Below, piece by piece: positions 59,201-64,000 of a stretch of DNA of 64,000 bases (within the stretch, counting starts at the first letter, position 1; each line of letters opens with the position of its first letter). The DNA is from Ignavibacteriales bacterium (GTDB taxonomy: Bacteria > Bacteroidota > Ignavibacteria > UBA10030 > UBA6906), in assembly GCA_037441705.1 (NCBI GenBank), contig JBBIRR010000019.1, positions 1-64,000 on the forward strand. Direction: 5' to 3'. Below the pieces are notes generated by a model. The model was not told the origin of the DNA. It searched no databases and worked only from the letters and a program-made list of their open reading frames with translations. A program made the translations under genes and the position numbers.

Positions 59201-59305
59201 AATACGCTCGAACTTCATATCGCTATGAAAGAGTCGGTTGCCGTCGCGAGCCTCAAGGGAGGCTGCAGAGACGAGGACGAAAAGAACGAACGTTGGACCG
59301 CGCAT
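56231..59305 (-). CDS. Sensor histidine kinase (Reg_prop beta-propellers, Y_Y_Y domain, HisKA_3, HATPase)
   Basis: QDKHGFLWFGTEDGLNRYDG repeats, YRYKLEG, PPFWSTWWF plus TM, IASDLHDDIGSSL, KEAINNIARH, DDGKG. Confidence 0.92.
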   Translation of the reverse strand: MRGPTFVLFVLVSAASLEARDGNRLFHSDMKFERISVGQGLSNITVGSITQDKHGFLWFGTEDGLNRYDGYTFMVFREEEDDSASLPGSLISTVYADRHGTVWVAPLNKGLCKYDPTRNAFARCKLSLRPDGSAAWINATQIFEDRQNRLWLCTNAGLWHYDADRDTFVRFEHDTDEGKLLAHTSIRSVSIDRWGMWWIGTNTEGLFSYDTESNAVRRYTSRQDKLFAPIDNEIITLCADRRGYVWLGTLRGAYRLNTSTGVLESFASRFRTPVHLVDGIILDVQEDSKGNVWVGTFHGGLYRYVPAADTFLNFKHDPDDLRSLISNRVERIFEDKTGSMWFASYRAGLSKYTPVTDPFFRFKMATPRRPGITGEAVYAVAQDSSGRFLFGTNEQGLTVFDPTTGTYAAFSAPNAPRYGTLAICVDRSGGVWANEGARFVRFDRRTNRFTTIPLRAKNTLPINAEVKCITQDHEGNIWVGLNEGGLFRIEPSTMRTTHYTHSPADSTSLPWPAVWCVVEDSKNTLWVGTFGGGIARFNRQSNNFTRFQSRERDPASLSGNHVYSITEDSEGFLWVGTFARGVNRFDPRTKTFKRFSEKDGLPNNFVKAVLPDGHGNLWISTDRGIARLDPRTWTFTNRTVVDGLHGDVFLSGGYCRTREGMLIFTGMNGATGFFPDSIASIATPPPIVLTSFQVYDKPFPLERAVYAMESIMLDHDQDFISFEFAALDFTAPDRNRYRYKLEGLDTGWVEGGARRFARYTHLPPGKYTFRVIGANKDGVWNEAGTSLTITITPPFWSTWWFRGAALVALVVFGLLLYNYRVNRLLEIERLRVRIASDLHDDIGSSLTKISLQSELIQEGIEPQEMTTYLKNIGRMSRELVTAMSDIVWSIDARNDTAEHLLDKMRNFAASTLAVKDVQFTFAHSGLDPAKKLPVDVRENLYLIFKEAINNIARHAEASSVSIILRNDTDRFSMFIIDDGKGWSGAERLSGHGVKNMKMRAQRLRGTIEFVKDEGTRVVLSMKRI

Positions 59306-59340
59306 GGGCCAAGATTAGGAAAGAATCAGGAGAAACTCAA
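59306..59340 (-). promoter_or_regulatory. Sigma70 promoter implying a leaderless kinase mRNA
   Basis: TTGAGT-N17-TAATCT-N6-ATG with no SD sequence. Confidence 0.55.
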
Positions 59341-59348
59341 CCGTCACA

Positions 59349-60638
59349 TCACTCGCGAGAAAAGGGGGATCGAACCACACGTCCCTCTTTCATCACGAAC
59401 GAAACGTTCTGAACGACACGAATGTCCTCGATAGGATTTCCAGGGAATGCGATGATGTCGGCGGCCTTCCCCTTCTCGATGGTTCCCGTGAGTGCTTCGA
59501 TGCCAAGCAGCGTTGCGGCACGCGATGTCGCGGAGATCAGGGCGTCATCGGGACTCATTCCATACTTTACCATCAATTCTAACTCCTGTGCGTTGGTTCC
59601 GGGAAGCTCGAATGTATCCGTGCCGAACACTATCTTGACGGGCGTCTTGAGCGCTCGCTGGAAGGAAGCGGTATGCTTCTCGACCGTGTTTCTGAGCCTG
59701 TTGACTGTTTCAGGAGTCGTCGGCCCGAAGAGCTTCCCGTCGCGCCAGAGTTCATAGACGAGAAGCGTCGGAACATAGTAGATGTCGCGAGCTGCCATCA
59801 GGCGGAAGGTCTGTTCGCCGAGATACAAGCCATGCTCGATAGAAGCAACGCCCGCCTCAATGGCGATACGCGCAGCGGCGTCGGTGTAAACATGTGCAGC
59901 AACCTTCACGTGTCCGCGACGCGCCTCGTCAACCAACACGTTGACTTCCTCGGGCGAGTAATTCATCGCGCCGGTGAGCGAATCGGCGCTCACCTGCCGT
60001 TTCTCGTATGATTCCATGTATATCTTGATCACATCCGCGCCGTACTTAATGAGGCGCCGCACCTGCTTGCGTATCTCTGCGGTGCCGTCGGCCTCGTAGG
60101 AAAGCTGCGGTGTTGTCACGTACGGCGAATACCCCACCAGTCCGTACGCGCCGGTGGCCGTTACGGGCTGGATTGCTGCAAGAATGCGCGGGCCGGGCAC
60201 GATTCCTCGAGCGATGGCATCGCGCAGCGCAATGTCGGCAAAGCCTGCGCCCTCATTGCCGAGATCACGAATCGTTGTCACGCCTGCCGCCAGTGTTGCG
60301 CGCGCGTTTGCCACGGCAACGATGGCCCTGTACTCCGGCGTTTCCTTCAGGCTTTGTGCGTCATAGTCTCCCGGATGGAGTACGATATGCGTGTGGGCAT
60401 CAATCAGTCCCGGCATGGCCGTCATGCCGCTGAGATCAACGACATCGGCGTTGGGCGGAATGCTCGCCCCCTGCTGCACGTCCTTGATGGTTGCCCCCTC
60501 AACCGTGATGACGACGTTTGCGCGAAGCGTCTTACTCTTGCCGTCGAAGAGTTTTCCGACCTTGATGTATGTGAGGTTGCCCTGCGCATGCAAATTGGTG
60601 CACAGGACGACGAGCAATGCGATTACGTAGGATTTCAT
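59349..60638 (-). CDS. Exported metal-dependent amidohydrolase (Xaa-Pro dipeptidase-like)
   Basis: Signal ...LHA|Q; MPGLIDAHTH, GVTTIRDLG, GADVIK, AAH, IEHG, FGTD, GKAADII. Confidence 0.88.
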   Translation of the reverse strand: MKSYVIALLVVLCTNLHAQGNLTYIKVGKLFDGKSKTLRANVVITVEGATIKDVQQGASIPPNADVVDLSGMTAMPGLIDAHTHIVLHPGDYDAQSLKETPEYRAIVAVANARATLAAGVTTIRDLGNEGAGFADIALRDAIARGIVPGPRILAAIQPVTATGAYGLVGYSPYVTTPQLSYEADGTAEIRKQVRRLIKYGADVIKIYMESYEKRQVSADSLTGAMNYSPEEVNVLVDEARRGHVKVAAHVYTDAAARIAIEAGVASIEHGLYLGEQTFRLMAARDIYYVPTLLVYELWRDGKLFGPTTPETVNRLRNTVEKHTASFQRALKTPVKIVFGTDTFELPGTNAQELELMVKYGMSPDDALISATSRAATLLGIEALTGTIEKGKAADIIAFPGNPIEDIRVVQNVSFVMKEGRVVRSPFSRE

Positions 60639-60761
60639 GATGTGATGAGAGAGTGATAGAATGATGCCGAACGACAATTGAAGCTATCGTTCTCTTCCAT
60701 CAATTTCAAGAAGGCGAGAGTGTAGAGAAGAGACGCGTCGCGCGGGCGCAGCACGCAAAGA

Positions 60762-61487
60762 CTAATTGTTCGGCGCTCCGGATTCGATCCAGCGACGGAT
60801 GAGGGCGAGTTCATCGGCAGGAAGCGGCGGCGCTTTCTTCGGCATCTGCGTGCCGCAGGAAGTCCCGGCGAGTCTCTTATACAACACGCTCGCTTCAGCG
60901 TTGCCGGGCTGCACCCGCATCTCCGACGTGCAGCCTTTGGTTGCAGGCACGCTGACAAGATTGGCGTAGCTTTCACCTTCATCGAGGAACATTCCCGCGC
61001 TTCCGCCATGACAATCCGTGCAGCTGCGGTCAAAGATGGGTTGGATATCTCTGGAAAACGAAACGGGAGCGCCGCTCGCGGGCTGTGAGCTGCGGGTGCC
61101 CGACGTGTCGTGCGACGCCTGCGGTTGTGTCGGCACAGGTTGCGCCGATGTTCCTTTCACCACAAAATGCACGGGTGCACTTGCATGATCTCCGACCAGA
61201 ATCACAAGTGGACCTGACGTTGCACCTGTCGGAACGATTACCCGTATTTCGTCCTCTTCCACTTTGATCACGGAAGCGCGAACGCCGTTAAAGGTTACGA
61301 CGGGCATGGTCCCGAAGTTTGCTCCCTCGATCTTCACCTTTTCCCCTACGCGCGCCGAGGGCGGCTTCACCTCACGAATGATCGGCTCAGCAACGAGGCG
61401 CAGCCTTCGTTTGGTTTCATCCGGATCGCCATCCCACCGAAGCGCGCCGAAAGAAACAACGGCCAGAAGGATTGTCAACGTTCGCAT
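60762..61487 (-). CDS. Exported IPT/TIG-domain plus monohaem cytochrome c protein
   Basis: IPT: GEKVKIEGANFG...VTFNG...VPTGATSG; cytochrome: VSFSRDIQPIFDRSCTDCH...QMP...IRRWIESGA. Confidence 0.75.
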   Translation of the reverse strand: MRTLTILLAVVSFGALRWDGDPDETKRRLRLVAEPIIREVKPPSARVGEKVKIEGANFGTMPVVTFNGVRASVIKVEEDEIRVIVPTGATSGPLVILVGDHASAPVHFVVKGTSAQPVPTQPQASHDTSGTRSSQPASGAPVSFSRDIQPIFDRSCTDCHGGSAGMFLDEGESYANLVSVPATKGCTSEMRVQPGNAEASVLYKRLAGTSCGTQMPKKAPPLPADELALIRRWIESGAPNN

Positions 61488-61496
61488 CGCTTCCCG

Positions 61497-62075
61497 TTAT
61501 GAGTGTGAGAAAGAAAAGAGCGAAGGGCCGTAGCCTTGCCTGCGAGCATACTCTTCGAGTCGCTCCGCCAGCATTTTGCGTCCTCGATGAATGCGAGAGC
61601 GGATCGTACCGATGGGTGTGCGTGTGTACTGTGCTATTTCTTCGTACGTGTAGCCTTCGATGTCGCACAGGATGAGCGCCGTTTGATAGTCGGCCGGAAT
61701 CGTGTCGAGTGCAGCAGCGACTTCATCGCTTACGGTCGCTTCGTGCATCCGGAGCACACTGTGATCGGCCAGCGACCAGCGCACCGGGCGCGACTGATCT
61801 CCATCAACACTTGCGAGCTCCTCGGTGAAATCCTGTGGGATAGTTTCGTATTGCCTGCGGCGATAGTCGTTGATGTAGGAGTTCTTGCAGATTTGAAAGA
61901 GCCATGCGCGGCAGTTCGTTCCCTCCTCGAACGTGTGGAACGAGCGACAGGCTTTCAGCATGGTTTCCTGGACGAGATCGTCAGTGTAATGTTCGTTGCG
62001 ACACAATTTGAACGCAAAATTCCGCAGCGCATCGAGATGCGAAAGTGCCTCCTGAAAAAATAGCTCGCTGGACAT
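61497..62075 (-). CDS. ECF RNA polymerase sigma factor
   Basis: DDLVQETMLKA, RAWLFQI, YEEIA...PIGTIRSRIHRGRK; AGGAG RBS. Confidence 0.92.
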   Translation of the reverse strand: MSSELFFQEALSHLDALRNFAFKLCRNEHYTDDLVQETMLKACRSFHTFEEGTNCRAWLFQICKNSYINDYRRRQYETIPQDFTEELASVDGDQSRPVRWSLADHSVLRMHEATVSDEVAAALDTIPADYQTALILCDIEGYTYEEIAQYTRTPIGTIRSRIHRGRKMLAERLEEYARRQGYGPSLFSFSHS

Positions 62076-62125
62076 ACGGCTCCTGGATTGAATGATGTGA
62101 GACGTTGGTGACGCTCAAAATGGAG

Positions 62126-62141
62126 CCAACCGGCGTGCCAA
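62126..62141 (-). promoter_or_regulatory. Possible sigma54 promoter upstream of the ECF sigma gene
   Basis: Minus strand TTGGCAC-GCCGG-TTGG: the -24 box is perfect and the -12 box has one mismatch. Confidence 0.35.
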
Positions 62142-62352
62142 AGCGGCGTGGCCTGAGGATTGTCGAAATTACGCCACGAGGACGATAAGCGAAGGAGTCG
62201 GACCGGAGAGTGGGTTATTCATGCCACAACCGTGGGGGCGGTTGCGCTTTGCGGTGGGGAACGCGCTCAACACCCACAAGCGCGCAGCAAGCGGTTCAGT
62301 GAACGAGGTTCAGGAACTTCATCGCCAGCTTCGGACTAACAGGTACGTTATG

Positions 62353-62837
62353 CTAAGGAAACAAAAATGGCTTCACCGCAACGATCATTCGCCTCAACTC
62401 AGGTTCATTGTCTATGAGTAGAGCATGACCCCAAATCACACGCGTGTCGTCCGAACAGTCTTGAGCAAGAGATTTCCCTATCTCTTCAAAGCTCATATTC
62501 AGGCTTCTCCTTAAGTCCTCCGGGTTTGACAACACACCGAGAACGAATGTTCTATCCTTCAAATCTCGAGGTACTTCTCCGGTAACTCGCTGCAGCCGAT
62601 GTTGATCATTGTCGCAGTCGACGATGAGCGCAACCCTTCTTTCCGGAAAATATACATCGAGCTGAGGTACTCCTCCCGATAGGTGTCAAGAATTCTCCTC
62701 CATCCACCCAGAGGCCTCATGACCTGGATAGCACGTGTGTTTAGATTGGGATGAAGAATGAACCCGTTGACAATCTGACGAGCGGCATCGTCCTCCACCA
62801 AGACGATCAGGTGTGGCCGGTAGGCGTTTGCACTCAA
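62353..62837 (-). pseudogene. Frameshifted TOPRIM-like partner of the ABC ATPase
   Basis: ORFs 62559..62837 and 62353..62562 join into one ~161-aa frame (...LVEDD...MYIFPERRVALIVDCDND...) if one T is added to the T4 run at 62647-62650. Confidence 0.7.
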
Positions 62838-63943
62838 CGCACAAGATCTCCTCGAGTGATTGTATCAATTAGATCTCCAGAAGGGGCAACCTCACTCAAG
62901 GGACGAATGATCGTCGGTTCGACGTGGCTGTTGCGGTCAAGAACCAGTGTATTCTCATTTGAGAATTTCCTTATGACTTCTGGATTGTGAGATGCCACCA
63001 GTATCTGGCTACCATTGACAAACGAACGACGCAACAACGCAACAAGATGCCCGACTTCCGAGAGCGAGAGATAGTTGTCCGGTTCATCCCAGAAACAGAA
63101 AAGAGGACCGTAAAACTCATTGGCAGCCAAGAGGACAGCGCTAAGGTAGAAGCATTTCTCCCCGTCTGAAAGATCCGTGAAATTAACGCTCAACGCCCCG
63201 CCATTCCCCTCAAAGCGGACCAGGAGGTTTTTCGACTCCTTTCCGATCGGCTCATTGACAAAGTCACGAATGTCCGGGATAACCTCTCGAAGATACCTCT
63301 CAATGTGCGCGTAGGCAGCAGGATAGCGGCTGAGCAACCCCGTAAACCACGCAGCGAGGTTCGAACCATCTCGCTTGGGTTCGAGTGTCTCATCCTCGGA
63401 AACTCCAGTAATCAGAGGTGCAACAGGCGCGAGGATAACGGTGTGCGCAAGCCAGGTCTTGAAGACCCTCAGCGGGTCAGTCTCAGAATACTCCTGAATG
63501 ATCGGAAGAGCTACCAAGTGCCAATCCACCAAGAATTGCGCTTCACGGCCTTGTGCGCTTCTGTAAAGGGTAACTTGAGCTTCCCGCCTTGAAAAGATCG
63601 TGCGATCGTTGACGACCAATTGCTCCTCCGCAACCCGAAGCTCTCTGAACCTCTCTGGCAACTCCAAGGCAAGACAATACTTGAACGTTCTGCCCTCGAG
63701 TAGTACTTCGATTTCAAACCGAAGGGGAACGTCTGACCTTCCACGCGCAAGGTCTTTCGGTTGCACAAGGTGAGCTACCCTGTTTGTCCCGCGCCCAATC
63801 CGTTGGAGTATTTCCAATGCAAATGAAACGGTGGATTTCCCTACACCATTCCTCCCTATCAACAGAACGGAGGACCTGTCCCGAAGGCTCAAATCAAAGT
63901 TCTCCAGGCATCTGAAGTTGTGCACGTACAATCTTTGTATCAT
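62834..63943 (-). CDS. ABC-type ATPase (AAA_21/AAA_15-like), putative defence component
   Basis: NFRCL, Walker A GRNGVGKS, signature LSDGEK, Walker B FWDEPDN, H-loop ASH; stop overlaps the partner's start. Confidence 0.85.
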   Translation of the reverse strand: MIQRLYVHNFRCLENFDLSLRDRSSVLLIGRNGVGKSTVSFALEILQRIGRGTNRVAHLVQPKDLARGRSDVPLRFEIEVLLEGRTFKYCLALELPERFRELRVAEEQLVVNDRTIFSRREAQVTLYRSAQGREAQFLVDWHLVALPIIQEYSETDPLRVFKTWLAHTVILAPVAPLITGVSEDETLEPKRDGSNLAAWFTGLLSRYPAAYAHIERYLREVIPDIRDFVNEPIGKESKNLLVRFEGNGGALSVNFTDLSDGEKCFYLSAVLLAANEFYGPLFCFWDEPDNYLSLSEVGHLVALLRRSFVNGSQILVASHNPEVIRKFSNENTLVLDRNSHVEPTIIRPLSEVAPSGDLIDTITRGDLVR

Positions 63944-64000
63944 GATTGGGGCCCCTCTCTTTCGTTTCGGTGAAACCGCAATTCCCTTACCCGTTGAGCC

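Overview
Mostly core chromosome of an FCB-group bacterium, most likely Ignavibacteria/Chlorobi-related. This is inferred from a type IX secretion system (T9SS) combined with E. coli-like TTGACA-N17-TAnnnT promoters and Shine-Dalgarno sites. From left to right: serA and DUF1015 behind a consensus sigma54 promoter; an accessory patch rich in REP-like repeats with two DUF72 paralogues, a phage-repressor/LexA-like HTH-S24 regulator (palindromic operator inside the divergent DUF72 promoter), DUF3224 and a broken toxin-antitoxin pair; argS, rsfS, a LytR_C protein and a secreted H-type lectin; a long minus-strand run sprA-porX-tsaE-tsaB-accD-rocF-panC-GlmU-N; lptFG; a second T9SS run porU-porV-[M6 pseudo-protease with T9SS CTD]-[gluzincin/beta-propeller/Omp85 protein]-membrane protein; glgA-gmhB-lipoprotein-beta-barrel-glyA-tatC-prenyltransferase; SufT, ClC, DUF4097; a glutaminyl-cyclase-like M28 lipoprotein, prmA, ppx, yitJ; an ECF sigma-IPT/cytochrome c-amidohydrolase-sensor kinase block; and an ABC-ATPase with a frameshifted TOPRIM-like partner (candidate defence pair). 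Best leads: the non-canonical SOS-like switch on DUF72, the dead-protease/active-protease-Omp85 pair in the porUV operon, and the ATPase-TOPRIM pair. No rRNA, tRNA or CRISPR array was seen. All calls come from reading motifs by eye; no database searches were run.
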